Below are positions 49,101 to 61,810 of a stretch of DNA of 64,000 bases, one piece after another. Position 1 is the stretch's first letter. Each line of letters begins with the position of its first letter. Under the pieces are notes generated by a model. It saw nothing but the letters and a program-made list of their open reading frames with translations, made no database searches and was not told the origin of the DNA. The translations under genes were made by a program, and so were the position numbers. Origin of the DNA: Eledone cirrhosa (lineage: Eukaryota). The stretch covers positions 9,238,001 to 9,302,000 of the forward strand of contig OZ024760.1 in NCBI GenBank assembly GCA_964016885.1. The letters run 5' to 3'.

Positions 49101-51640
49101 TGTAGCTAGTTAGCTGTAGTGGTACTGTATCTAGTGGTACTGTAGCTAGTTAGCTGTAGTGGTACTGTAGCTAGTGGTACTGTATCTAGTTAGCTGTAGT
49201 GGTACTGTAGCTAGTGGTACTGTATCTAGTTAGCTGTAGTGGTACTGTAGCTAGTTAGCTGTAGTGGTACTGTATCTAGTGGTACTGTATCTAGTTAGCT
49301 GTAGTGGTACTGTATCTAGTGGTACTGTAGCTAGTTAGCTGTAGTGGTACTGTATCTAGTGGTACTGTAGCTAGTTAGCTGTAGTGGTACTGTAGCTAGT
49401 GGTACTGTAGCTAGTTAGCTGTAGTGGTACTGTAGCTAGTGGTACTGTATCTAGTTAGCTGTAGTGGTACTGTAGCTAGTGGTACTGTATCTAGTTAGCT
49501 GTAGTGGTACTGTAGCTAGTTAGCTGTAGTGGTACTGTAGCTAGTGGTACTGTAGCTAGTTAGCTGTAGTGGTACTGTAGCTAGTGGTACTGTATCTAGT
49601 TAGCTGTAGTGGTACTGTAGCTAGTGGTACTGTAGCTAGTTAGCTGTAGTGGTACTGTATCTAGTGGTACTGTATCTAGTTAGCTGTAGTGGTACTGTAT
49701 CTAGTGGTACTGTATCTAGTGGTACTGTAGCTAGTGGTACTGTATCTAGTTAGCTGTAGTGGTACTGTATCTAGTGGTACTGTATCTAGTTAGCTGTAGT
49801 GGTACTGTATCTAGTTAGCTGTAGTGGTACTGTATCTAGTGGTACTGTAGCTAGTGGTACTGTATCTAGTTAGCTGTAGTGGTACTGTATCTAGTGGTAC
49901 TGTATCTAGTGGTACTGTAGCTAGTGGTACTGTATCTAGTGGTACTGTATCTAGTTAGCTGTAGTGGTACTGTAGCTAGTTAGCTGTAGTGGTACTGTAG
50001 CTAGTGGTACTGTATCTAGTGGTACTGTATCTAGTTAGCTGTAGTGGTACTGTAGCTAGTTAGCTGTAGTGGTACTGTAGCTAGTGGTACTGTAGCTAGT
50101 TAGCTGTAGTGGTACTGTATCTAGTGGTACTGTAGCTAGTTAGCTGTAGTGGTACTGTAGCTAGTGGTACTGTATCTAGTGGTACTGTAGCTAGTGGTAC
50201 TGTATATAGTTAGCTGTAGTGGTACTGTAGCTAGTGGTACTGTATCTAGTGGTACTGTATCTAGTTAGCTGTAGTGGTACTGTAGCTAGTGGTACTGTAT
50301 CTAGTGGTACTGTAGCTAGTGGTACTGTATCTAGTTAGCTGTAGTGGTACTGTATCTAGTGGTACTGTAGCTAGTGGTACTGTATATAGTTAGCTGTAGT
50401 GGTACTGTAGCTAGTGGTACTGTATCTAGTGGTACTGTATCTAGTTAGCTGTAGTGGTACTGTAGCTAGTGGTACTGTATCTAGTGGTACTGTAGCTAGT
50501 GGTACTGTATATAGTTAGCTGTAGTGGTACTGTAGCTAGTGGTACTGTATCTAGTGGTACTGTATCTAGTTAGCTGTAGTGGTACTGTAGCTAGTGGTAC
50601 TGTATCTAGTGGTACTGTAGCTAGTGGTACTGTATATAGTTAGCTGTAGTGGTACTGTAGCTAGTGGTACTGTATCTAGTGGTACTGTATCTAGTTAGCT
50701 GTAGTGGTACTGTAGCTAGTGGTACTGTATCTAGTGGTACTGTATCTAGTTAGCTGTAGTGGTACTGTAGCTAGTGGTACTGTATCTAGTGGTACTGTAT
50801 CTAGTTAGCTGTAGTGGTACTGTAGCTAGTGGTACTGTATCTAGTGGTACTGTATCTAGTTAGCTGTAGTGGTACTGTAGCTAGTGGTACTGTATCTAGT
50901 GGTACTGTAGCTAGTGGTACTGTATATAGTTAGCTGTAGTGGTACTGTAGCTAGTGGTACTGTATCTAGTGGTACTGTATCTAGTTAGCTGTAGTGGTAC
51001 TGTAGCTAGTGGTACTGTAGCTAGTGGTACTGTATATAGTTAGCTGTAGTGGTACTGTAGCTAGTGGTACTGTATCTAGTGGTACTGTATCTAGTTAGCT
51101 GTAGTGGTACTGTAGCTAGTGGTACTGTATCTAGTGGTACTGTAGCTAGTGGTACTGTATATAGTTAGCTGTAGTGGTACTGTAGCTAGTGGTACTGTAT
51201 CTAGTGGTACTGTAGCTAGTGGTACTGTATCTAGTTAGCTGTAGTGGTACTGTATCTAGTGGTACTGTATCTAGTGGTACTGTAGCTAGTGGTACTGTAT
51301 CTAGTTAGCTGTAGTGGTACTGTATCTAGTGGTACTGTATCTAGTTAGCTGTAGTGGTACTGTATCTAGTGGTACTGTATCTAGTTAGCTGTAGTGGTAC
51401 TGTAGCTAGTTAGCTGTAGTGGTACTGTAGCTAGTTAGCTGTAGTGGTACTGTAGCTAGTGGTACTGTAGCTAGTTAGCTGTAGTGGTACTGTATCTAGT
51501 GGTACTGTAGCTAGTTAGCTGTAGTGGTACTGTATCTAGTGGTACTGTATCTAGTGGTACTGTATCTAGTGGTACTGTAGCTAGTGGTACTGTAGCTAGT
51601 GGTACTATAGCTAGGGGTACTGTAGTTAGTGGTACTATTG
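37156..51640. repeat. ~14.5 kb intronic satellite of 15-nt and 10-nt modules
   Basis: A = TGGTACTGTA(G/T)CTAG and B = TTAGCTGTAG in irregular order; the ORF track shows no ORF of 60 aa or more across it. Confidence 0.97.
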
Positions 51641-51641
51641 G

Positions 51642-52692
51642 CAGTGTGATGTGTTGTGATATAGTATGATGTAATGTAGTGTGGTGTTCTGATGTTGTGT
51701 ACTGTGGTGTGATGTGTGGTTTGTTGTGATGTAGTGTGATTTGTTGTGATGTAGTGTGGTTTGTTGTGATGTAGTGTGGTTTGTTGTGATTTAGTGTGAT
51801 TTGTTGTGATGTAGTGTGGTTTGTTGTGATTTAGTGTGATTTGTTGTGATGTAGTGTGGTTTGTTGTGATGTAGTGTGATTTGTTGTGATTTAGTGTGAT
51901 TTGTTGTGATGTAGTGTGGTTTGTTGTGATTTAGTGTGATTTGTTGTGATGTAGTGTGGTTTGTTGTGATGTAGTGTGATTTGTTGTGATGTAGTGTGGT
52001 TTGTTGTGATGTAGTGTGATTTGTTGTTATGTAGTGTGGTTTGTTGTGATGTAGTGTGATTTGTTGTGATTTAGTGTGATTTGTTGTGATGTAGTGTGGT
52101 TTGTTGTGATGTAGTGTGATTTGTTGTGATTTAGTGTGATTTGTTGTGATGTAGTGTGGTTTGTTGTGATTTAGTGTGATTTGTTGTGATGTAGTGTGGT
52201 TTGTTGTGATGTAGTGTGATTTGTTGTGATTTAGTGTGATTTGTTGTGATGTAGTGTGGTTTGTTGTGATTTAGTGTGATTTGTTGTTATGTAGTGTGAT
52301 TTGTTATGTAGTGTGTTGTAGTGTGGTGTAGTGTGTTGTAATGTTGTGTGGTGTGGTGTGGTGTGGTGTGATGTAGTGTAGTGTCCCTGTGATGTGATGT
52401 GATGTGGTGTGTTGTAGTGTGTTGTGGAATATATGATGTGATGTGATGTGATGTGGTGTGGTGTGTTGTGATGTAGTGTGGTGTAATATAGTATAGTGTA
52501 GTGTGGTGTGTTATGGTGTAGTGTAGTGTAGTGTGATGTGGTATGTTGTGGTATATATGATGTGATGTGGTGTAGTGTATTGTGGTATGTATGATGTGAT
52601 GTAGTGTGGTGTGTTATGGTGTAGTGTAGTGTAGTGTGATGTATGTTGTAGTATGTTGTGGTATATATGATGTGATGTGATGTGGTGTGGTG
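51642..52692. repeat. GT-rich 20-bp satellite grading into 5-mer repeats
   Basis: ttgttgtgat(g/t)tagtgtg(g/a)t, then gtgta/gtgat/gtggt. Confidence 0.9.
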
Positions 52693-52742
52693 TATTCTGT
52701 AATAACTCCCCCTCATCCGATATCTCTCTCCTTTCACTCCAG

Positions 52743-52950
52743 GCCTATGATCGATATATAAATCAAGCGAATGAGGAACTTGAGAGAGAACAAGATACTT
52801 TACAGCGAAATGTTGTGGTAAAACCCCAAATCAAACAACCAAAAGTATTGGAATCGCGCCGCATCCCTCAACAATCCCCTCCAGATGTCACTTCACCCAA
52901 GTTTCCTCTGTCACAATCACGAGATTCCACAGGTTCCAGTGCTAATGAAG
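52743..52950 (+). CDS. CEP350: CEP350-like exon T
   Basis: ctccag|GCC TAT...GAA G|gtatct, phase 0-1; AYDRYINQANEEL...KPQIK continues the exon S coiled coil across a 17.4 kb intron. Confidence 0.9.
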
Positions 52951-53062
52951 GTATCTTCTTCACATTTCTTCTCTTTCACACTTTAAACAACCCAACTAAG
53001 TTTATATACTAGCATTATTTTTCGACACGCTGACGCGTATGTGTATGTGCATACATTTATAT

Positions 53063-53413
53063 CATCATTTTGCGTCCGCTTTTCCCTGCTTGCAAGGGTG
53101 GGACGGGAACTGATTCTGGCTTGATTTCTACTGCTGGATGCCCTTCCTAACACCAACCTCATTTACAGTGAGTGCTGGGTGCTTTTTTGCCATGGCACCT
53201 TCACATCCACTTTGCCGTGTGGGCTGGGTGCTTTTTTGCCAGTGGAATGATAGGGACCCCAGTCCCTATCATCTTATATCTACAGCTGACTAAACTGGAG
53301 CAATGTGAAATAAAGTGTCTTGCTCAAGGAAACAACACATCACCCGGTCTGAGAATTGAACTCACAACCTTTCGATTGCAAGGCCAATGCTCTAACCACT
53401 AAGCCATGTGCCT
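53063..53413 (-). mobile_element. SINE family B, full length
   Basis: matches 3973-4308 with a short internal duplication. Confidence 0.85.
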
Positions 53414-53810
53414 GTATGAGTATATAAATATAAACACGCAAAGACAGACGCACTTACAAAAATACACACTCACAGACATGCATTCAGACAAACACACACA
53501 TACATTCATACAAACACAAACACACATATATTTACACAAACACACATACATATACTCTCAGACACAGCGTAACAAATGGAACGACAAGCCGTTGTTTTGC
53601 TATAGTTTTTTCACCACCCCCTTCCTTCCTTTTACACACACACACACACACATACATTCACACAAAGACACACGCACACATTGTGTGACGGACAGACGGA
53701 AGTCACTCAAATTTACATATAGATGACCTGGAACAGTTGTAACTTCAGGGGAGTTTCGCAGAAAATATAATTACACCAACACATCACCCATTATTATTAT
53801 TATTATTATT

Positions 53811-54405
53811 AGGGCGGTGGATTGGCAGTATTGGTAGAGGGTCGGACGCCATGCTTTGACGCATAGAGTTACAGCCCTTGCCATTCTGAGTTCAAATCCC
53901 GCCGAGGTTAACTTTGCCTTTCATCCTTACGGGGTCGATAAAATAAAGTACCAGTAATACACTTGGTAATTGCTGGCCTTGTGCCAAAAGTAGAAACAAT
54001 TATTATTAATAATATTAATTGTTTCTACTTTTGGCACAAGGCCAGCAATTATATCAGGGTATTACTGGTACTTTATTTTATCGACCCCGTAAGGATGAAA
54101 GGCAAAGTTACCCTCGGCGGGACTGAGTTCAAATCCCGCTGAGGTTAACTTTACCTTTCATCCTTACAGGGTCAATAAAATAAAGTACCAGTAATACACT
54201 GAGATAATTGCTGGCCTTGTGCCAAAAAGTAGAAACAATTATTATTATTATAGGGCGGTGAATTGGCAGTATCGGTAGAGAGTCGGACGCCATAGTTACG
54301 TCCCTTTACATCCTTACGGGGTCGATAAAATAAAGTACCAGTAATGTACTGGGTAATTGCTGGCCTTGTTCCAAAAAGTAGAAACAATTATTATTATTAT
54401 TATTA
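53811..54405. mobile_element. cluster of four family-A SINEs (+,-,+,+)
   Basis: 53811-54007 +, 54017-54123 -, 54124-54250 +, 54252-54405 +. Confidence 0.85.
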
Positions 54406-54424
54406 TCTTTGTTTCTCGTTCTAG

Positions 54425-57240
54425 CGTTATCTTCACCAATGTCAGCCATGAAAGGTGAATTCCATGAAGCTGTGACATGTTCAGATGGTCTCGCTCCAAG
54501 ACTTCAAGTATCAGGAGGCTGTGATTTGGAAAAGTCATCAGTGTTGGCCTCAGTGAGCGGGATGGTGAGTGTGTCAGAAGATTTCGCAGATGGCTGTAAT
54601 GCCGTATCTGACCACACAAAGTCTTCAACTCAGACAAAAGATGTCCAGTCTCCAGATGAACTCCAAATTGGTACAACATTAGTAGAAGAAGCAGATGAGA
54701 AGAAAATGGAAATTATGCCAGAGATTTTGGAGGAGAAACATAGCAAAGCGGCAGAATGGGTCCATGCTTCTCTTTCCAAGAAATCTGAGAGTTCCTCGAC
54801 CACGGAGATATCAGAAAATATCTCAGAGGAAATTGCTTCACTCGAGATCAATGGCAACAGTAAAAGTTGGGAGAATTCTTGTGATTTGGCCTTAGGTGAA
54901 GATATACCTGTGATACAACCAACTGGAACAGCATCAAGTCCATCTCCTCCTCCTCTCCCTGCTACTTCACCACCACCACCTTCTTCTTCACCTCCACAAC
55001 CAGTACTACCATCAGTGACACCACCACCGTCACCACCTCCATCACCAGCAACAACAGCACTACCACCACTCTCGTCACAACCACTCCCTCCATTGCATCA
55101 TAGCATCTCAGAGCCGACACAGAGTGTGACAACTAAATCCAAAGAGATCTCTGATAAACAGGACAACTCCTCAACATTATCTGGACATTGTTACTCTGAT
55201 GATTTTGAAGTGGACAAAAGCTGGACCAGCCAGCCATGTTCTGAACCTGTTGCCGTGCCGGACGTCGCCACCAAAGACACTGACACCACGACCGCTGAGA
55301 GCTTAGACGATGACAACACCGACAACAACATCAGTGAACATATAACCCTTCATAGTGAAACCAGCAGCTCAACTAGAAGCAAAAGCTGGCCTTTGTCATC
55401 GCTATTTTGTGATAAGAAAGGCTCCATCAGTGAAAACCACTCAATGTCGGAACGTGATGACCATGTGGGTAAAGTGGAAAAGGAGATGTCTTCTAAGGGG
55501 TTACCTCTGTCTGGTGGTAGTGACAATATCTACAAAGATAAAACACCTTTAATAGGTGAACTTACCTGGAAATCAGAAAAGTCAACTGATGTTTCCTGTG
55601 AGTCGCCTGAGAGAGTGTCTGTAGCAGATAACAGCTGTGAATCAGATAAGATACTTGAAGTAAAAGAGGCCACTTCCAGATCAGATAACAAAGGTGACAG
55701 CAATACCAGCTGGTCAGCGATAGAGAAGGAAGGTGAAGCTAAGACCAGCTGGTCAGAGAAAGAAAAAGAGAGTGAAGCTAAGACCAGCTGGTCAGAGAAA
55801 GAAAAAGAGAATGAAGCTAAGACCAGCTGGTCAGAGAAAGAAAAAGAGAGTGAAGCTAAGACCAGCTGGTCAGAGAAAGAAAAAGAGAATGAAGCTAAGA
55901 CCAGCTGGTCAGAGAAAGAAAAAGAGAGTGAAGCTAAGACCAGCTGGTCAGAGAAAGAAAAAGAGAGTGAAGCTAAGACCAGCTGGTCAGAGAAAGAAAA
56001 AGAGAGTGAACCTAAGACCAGCTGGTCAGAGAAAGAGAAAGAGAGTGAACCTAAGACCAGCTGGTCAGAGAAAGAAAAAGAGAGTGAAGCTAAGACCAGC
56101 TGGTCAGAGAACGAAAAAGAGAGTGAAGCTAAGACCAGCTGGTCAGAGAGAGAAAAAGAGAGTGAAGCTAAGACCAGCTGGTCAGAGAAAGAAAAAGAGA
56201 ATGAAGCTAAGACCAGCTGGTCAGAGAGAGAAAAAGAGAGTGAACCTAAGACCAGCTGGTCAGAGAAAGAAAAAGAGAATGAACCTAAGACCAGCTGGTC
56301 AGAGAAAGAAAAAGAAAGTGAAGCTAAGACCAGCTGGTCAGAGAAAGAAAAAGAAAGTGAAGCTAAGACCAGCTGGTCAGAGAGAGAGGAGGAAGATGAA
56401 ATTAAGACCAGCTGGTCAGAGAGAAAGGAGGAAGATGAGGGTAAGAATGTTTGTGATCCAGAGAAAGGGGATGAAGTCATACAGAATTCTGCAAGTTTAT
56501 CAGATGTGGGAGTGTTTCCAAATCTTGAAACTGCTATCCAAACATCTTCACCAGCAGCAGCTTCAGAAGTAGCAGCAGCATCATTACCAACAGATGCAGA
56601 TACAAAAGCAACAACCAAAGAACTGGATAGCACAAGAAAGGTTTGCCAAGATGGATATGTTGATAACTTTGTCTGTAATCTTGTTGATGAATTTGTGTCT
56701 GAGTCGGTGACAGCGGTGTGTGATGTTGTCACCAACAGGAAGCAGGCTAGCCAAGATAGTGTTGTCACATTAACGAAACCAAAGAGAAGGAAATCCCTGC
56801 CAGTGGTAGGTAACCAGTCAGCAACTGACAAAAGCAGTCCTGATGAAGCTACAACAACAACAACAACAACAACATGTGAGACATCTCCAGAAAGTAACTT
56901 AAACAGCCAACAGCACCACCTTGTGGATGAGATTGTAACTTCTCTTGTGGACGATGCCATCAAGCACATTACGAAGATACACAACCAGAGAGTATCTCCG
57001 ACATCTCCTTCCATATCTCCAGGGAAGAAAGGGAAGATGAGTCTCAACTTAGATAAAGTGACCACAGCAAGGGGCTCCCATTTTGGACACTCATCTACCT
57101 TTGATGATGATCTTTTCGTCTGGGCCCTCTCACCAGATTCTGAATCCTCAGATGACCTTGAATCAGCCGATGTTGAAGACCCAAATAAGGTGGACAATGT
57201 TTCCAGGCCTCACACTCCACTACCAAGTCATATAAAGAAG
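54425..57240 (+). CDS. CEP350: CEP350-like exon U (2816 nt) with 19 x 13-aa repeat
   Basis: ttctag|CG...AAG|gtaaga, phase 1-0, ORF 54409..57324; acidic, Ser/Pro-rich, with YSDDFE motif. Confidence 0.88.
55702..56442 (+). repeat. coding minisatellite, 39 bp x 19
   Basis: unit KTSWSEKEKE(S/N)E(A/P), containing the palindrome GACCAGCTGGTC. Confidence 0.95.
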
Positions 57241-57398
57241 GTAAGAACTTTTACTGTTCACCATTTAACCCCTTTGCTAATACCTTACCTGGCACCACCC
57301 CTAATTCTACCATATGGAACATAAAACTCACCGAACGCCACCACTACAACACTGTATCATTTTACCTTCCATTTGGTTCTTTTTTTTTTCTTTTCTAG

Positions 57399-57483
57399 AC
57401 TCCGGAGCTGACAGAAACTGAGGAATTCTTCACAGACTTTTCCTATAAACCTCCACCGCCTTATCCTGGTTCTAAGGAAAATG
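57399..57483 (+). CDS. CEP350: CEP350-like exon V
   Basis: T tract + tag|ACT...AAT G|gtaaca, phase 0-1, TPELTETEEFFTDFSYKPPPPYPGSKEN (PPxY motif). Confidence 0.8.
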
Positions 57484-58582
57484 GTAACAGATTCCTCTTT
57501 CCTCATTCTCACTTTTTACATCTAATTAACAGGAGACTGTTAAATTAATTGTCATCACTCACCTGCAGTAACAGAGGCCACAGTCCTCCACCTTCCAATG
57601 TCGTCATCATCTTTATCATCACCATTTTTTCCACCCTAGCATGGGTTAGACGAGTTGTCTTATTGTGGGCAATGCTAAGTCAGGTGACCATGTCTATCTC
57701 ATACAGAACTGATTCTGGTTTCTACAGCTGAATGCCCTTCCTAACACTAACCTCATTTACAGTGAGTACTGGGTGCTTTTCGTCATGACGCCTGCACAAC
57801 CACTTTACAGAGTGAGCTGGGTGCTATTTGTTGTGATGCCTATACAACCATTTTACAGTGTGGGCTGGGTGCTTCACTGTAGCTTTCATAATTAGTTTGG
57901 TCTCACAGTTGAGTAATTAGCACTGACCATCCATTGTAGCTTTCATAATTAGTTGTGGTCTTGTGGTTGAGTAATTAGTCCTGACCATCGATGGGGTTTG
58001 ATACTCTAGATGCAGAAACCAAAATGGTACCACAAATACTTCAGAACCTCACATCCAACACTCTAACAATGCTATTATATATTTTAACTGTGTATAAAGG
58101 CAGATAACTCTGTATCTAACCAACCTATCAAATGATGGGCAGAGCTAAAAAAATAATTCAACCTTTGTTCTTGATAGGAGTCCAGCTCTTTAATCTAATG
58201 ACTATTGTGACTTTGTGAAGGCACATGATTTAGTGGTTAGGGTTTTCGGCTCACGATCGTAATGTCATAATTTTGAGTCCTAGTGTCACATTGTGTCCTT
58301 GAGCAAGACACTTTATTTCGTGTTGCTCCACTCCATTCACCATCGTTCCTGGAGTAGAACGGCGAAAGGAGAGAACTTTCTGGAGTACTCATCATCACCA
58401 TCGTCATTTAGCATCCATTTTCCCTGCTAGCAAGGGTTGGGGTGGGTCTTTAAGTCAGCATTTAATCAGAGTTACTGACCTCTGAGACAGGGGCAGAGAC
58501 CTACACCTTGCTTAGATATATTCCCATACTGTGATAAGAAATTGAATGATTTTACTTAATAAGTATTTGTGTCTTATTTCAG

Positions 58583-59343
58583 ATACAACTGCCAAATCTG
58601 ATGTCTTGAAAATGACCAAAGAATTTTCTGCTGTTCCTCATAAGCGAGAAGAAATACTTCAGTTAGTGTCTAATGCTGTTGAGTCTGTTTGGCTTGACAT
58701 GCAGAAGGGGGTACATTTAGAAGACATAGTTTTACCAGACTCATTTCTCTCCACCACAGAAGACCAGAACCTTACAACAGAGCTTGATGAGGAGGGCTGC
58801 CGCTCATATAAGACCATGCTTTTTCACTTGACCCGAGAAATTGTTAGTGAAATCTATCAAGAAAAACATGACAGCGATAAGAAAGTGAAGAAGAGTAAGG
58901 AGGAAGAAGATGAGGAGGGTGAAGAGGAGGGTGAGGAGAAGAATGAGAGTATATTTGCTGAGTTGCTTCTACAGAGTAACCAACTTAATATCAACAAATA
59001 CTATCGCACACATTCTAAACCACCCACGCACATTGATGAACTGAAATTGGTTGTTGGGAAGGCTATTAGTAGCTTGCTTCACCTAGATGGTGAAGTGGTA
59101 CCTCATGGTAGTAGCAGTCGAGGACAAGAGTTTGACAAATGGAAAACGTCAAAGAAAGACCATGTTGATCGTATCTTAGTCCAAGAACTGCAAGAAGAAG
59201 AACCCCAATGGGTCAATTATGACTGTGATGAACTGCAATTAAAGTTGCAGCTAACAAACAGCATAATGGATTCTCTAATTGGCAACACTGTTGAAACATT
59301 CAAACATATTTATAACAAACACACACACTGGCACCATGTATAG
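58583..59343 (+). CDS. CEP350: CEP350-like last exon, C-terminal DUF4378-type domain
   Basis: tttcag|AT..., stop TAG 59341-59343; SYKTMLFHLTREI and KKDHVDRILVQELQEEEPQWVNYDCDELQLKLQLTNSIMDSLIGNTV match the CEP350 C-terminus (RDRVDHILVQELHEEEAQWVNYDEDELCVKMQLADGIF). Confidence 0.93.
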
Positions 59344-59490
59344 CTTTTAACATTTAGCTTTTCTCACATATAGGGTGCAGAACCTTCCCATACAACCACT
59401 TAGCTTAAATGTGATTTTCTAACTGTATAATTCTTCTTTATTTCTTATTTTAATTATCATTTTCAATGTGGAGACACTATTGAGGGTAAA

Positions 59491-59496
59491 AATAAA
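59491..59496 (+). terminator. candidate polyadenylation signal
   Basis: first AATAAA seen after the stop, about 150 nt downstream. Confidence 0.5.
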
Positions 59497-59516
59497 GTAT
59501 TTTTTACAAAATATCA

Positions 59517-59729
59517 TTAACCCTTTAGCATTTACATTACTCTATATTTACTACTTTATTTTCACAGTAAAGGCTTTACCTCACATAATATCGAATCTAT
59601 GAGATTTTGATATTTATTTTGAGAACAATACATTAATATCAGTATGAGTGGCTGGTTACAGCCGGTTTGAACAGAAAGAGGTGAGGGAATTCTGGCCGGA
59701 TATGGCCGGTTTAAATGCTAAAGGGTTAA
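59517..59729. mobile_element. piggyBac-like MITE, intact
   Basis: TTAA-CCCTTTAGCATTTA ... TAAATGCTAAAGGG-TTAA. Confidence 0.85.
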
Positions 59730-59851
59730 TGTATCTGCAGAAATGGCTGCTAAGAGATGGAACAGCCAAAAATGGATATGTGTATATATATATGTATAAA
59801 AATAATTTATTGATAAAGATATAACTTTGATGATGATATAAATGTGTTTAT

Positions 59852-60200
59852 AATATAATGAAATTGTGTACAGTGCTCAGGTGCACTACAACTCATCAAA
59901 GGTGCATGTATAGTACATAGAATAATGTACAAATGTCAGGAAAGTGAACGGTGTACGAGTCATGATATACACAGATACATGCATGCATGTGTATGGAGGG
60001 GGAATATCAGGTGTAGTGTTGGTGAATTTCGGGAAGCATGGAGGTTTTAAAGGATGCAGTGTCCCGTCAGCGAACAACAGATGCAGGTAGTTTCATGCTT
60101 CAGGAACTCTGCACATAAAAAAGTGTTTCCGAAAGTCATGGGAGCTGTGTGTGTGTGTTTGTAATCTTATATACATCTACCTGTATTCTCCCTTTCTTAT
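59852..60200 (-). mobile_element. CR1-like LINE 3' end
   Basis: reverse complement of the 1100-1500 family. Confidence 0.75.
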
Positions 60201-60444
60201 CATCTTTGATATATAAATACCATATTTTGGACTTCAAGAATCAGTTACATGAACTCTCATTAACACTGCAATGTGTGTGTGTTTCTACTGTAACATGTAA
60301 GTAGGGGCTCATTCATCAGTACCTTATTTCTGCTACTTTTATAAAGAGGAGTTTAACACAAGCTCGGCTGTCTGAAGGAACTCCTCTGTACTGATCACCT
60401 AGTTCTTATAGTAGGATCTGGTATAGCGTTACTGAAGAAACTCT

Positions 60445-60722
60445 AGTCATAGAACCTGCTGCTGCTTCTTGTCGTTGTGCAGAGTCCTCAAACACTCCTT
60501 CCAGTAGGTCCTATAAGAAGCAACCATCTCCAACTGATCTGACTGGATTCCCAAGCGAGACCAGCCGAGCTCATGCATGTTATCCAACCATCTTGCTCGG
60601 GGTCTACCCCTGGGCCTCCTACCTGTTGGTTTTCCTCGTAAAATCTGTCCAGCAATTCTTTCTTGAGACATTCTAATAACATGCCCATAGTATCGGAGCT
60701 GTGATCTCTCAATTCGGAGAAG
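60445..60722 (-). mobile_element. RTE-type LINE 3' end
   Basis: RMSQERIAGQILRGKPTGRRPRGRPRARWLDNMHELGWSRLGI. Confidence 0.8.
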
Positions 60723-61616
60723 TCATGGAAGCAAATCCTGGAATTGTAAACTTAGCAAAGAGTAAAGTTTTAACAAGTAATAAGACATATATATCCCCGA
60801 TGACATCCAAAAAGGTAGGAACTCCATACTATATGCCCAGTAGATAAAGTGGGATGAGAGACCGTCTAATGAAGAAGGTAGCAGATGTGCAGGAGCAAGA
60901 TATGAAATAGATTCTCTCAAGTACTTAGGATAACTCTCTAGAAATAGTTGACAGTTGTTATGTTAGTGGGGTCAGCTGATTAGCAGTGGAGATGTGTGCT
61001 CTGATGGAATAGAATCTAAAGTAAGAGTCAGTTGGAATAAGTTTAAGGAGTCAGTTTTAAAGAGTCAGTTGGAATAAGTTTAAGGAGTCAGTTGGAATAA
61101 GTCTTTTGAAATATGCAGCGAATTGGCAGAGTTGTTAGAACATTGGATAGAATGCTTTATGGTATTCATTCTGGCTCTCTGTTCTTTGAGTTCAAATCCT
61201 GCCAAGGTCAACTTTATCTTTTATCCTTTTGAGGTTGATAAAAAAAAAGTACCAGTCTAGTACTGGGGTTGATTCTTCATTTATATCTCTTTCTCTGGAA
61301 GAAACCTGCTGTACTCAGGCCTGGAAAGGGATGGGTCCCTCCAAGCTTAAAATGCCCAAGAAACGCTGTATGTCAATACGGTGTTCCTATGACTCTGTCA
61401 GGAGTTACGGGACCATCCATCCATCTCTATTAACAACTCTCTGAAAGGGAAGGGCAGATTGTGTGCTGCTTGTGTATGGATGTTAGCTCTGTTATCTTAA
61501 TTCTGCTGTCATCCTTGTAGCAAATATAGCAGCACAACCATTTTCTAGGTGAAATTAGGGAAGAGTATTTCCCTCACATTAACCATGTTTTTTGATGATT
61601 ATTTTATTTATCTCTA

Positions 61617-61810
61617 GGGTGGTGGATTGGCAGTATCGGTAGAGGGTCGGACGCCATGCTTTGATGCATAGAGTTACAGCGCTTTCCAATCCGAGTTCAA
61701 ATCCCGCCGATGTTAACTTTGCCTTTCATCCTTACGGGGTCGATAAAATAAAGTACCAGTAATACACTGGGTAATTTGCTGGCCTTGTGCCAAAAGTAGA
61801 AACAATTATT
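61617..61810 (+). mobile_element. SINE family A, full length
   Basis: A box, B box, core and tail all present. Confidence 0.85.

Noticed and set aside
37156-51640. telomeric repeat or hidden coding exons in the satellite
   Set aside because: No TTAGGG units; stop codons are dense and the ORF track is empty; exons S and T join in phase and in sequence without extra exons.
55530-57197. 555-aa antisense ORF and 279-aa alternative-frame ORF
   Set aside because: Shadows of the 39-bp coding repeat and of the codon usage of exon U.
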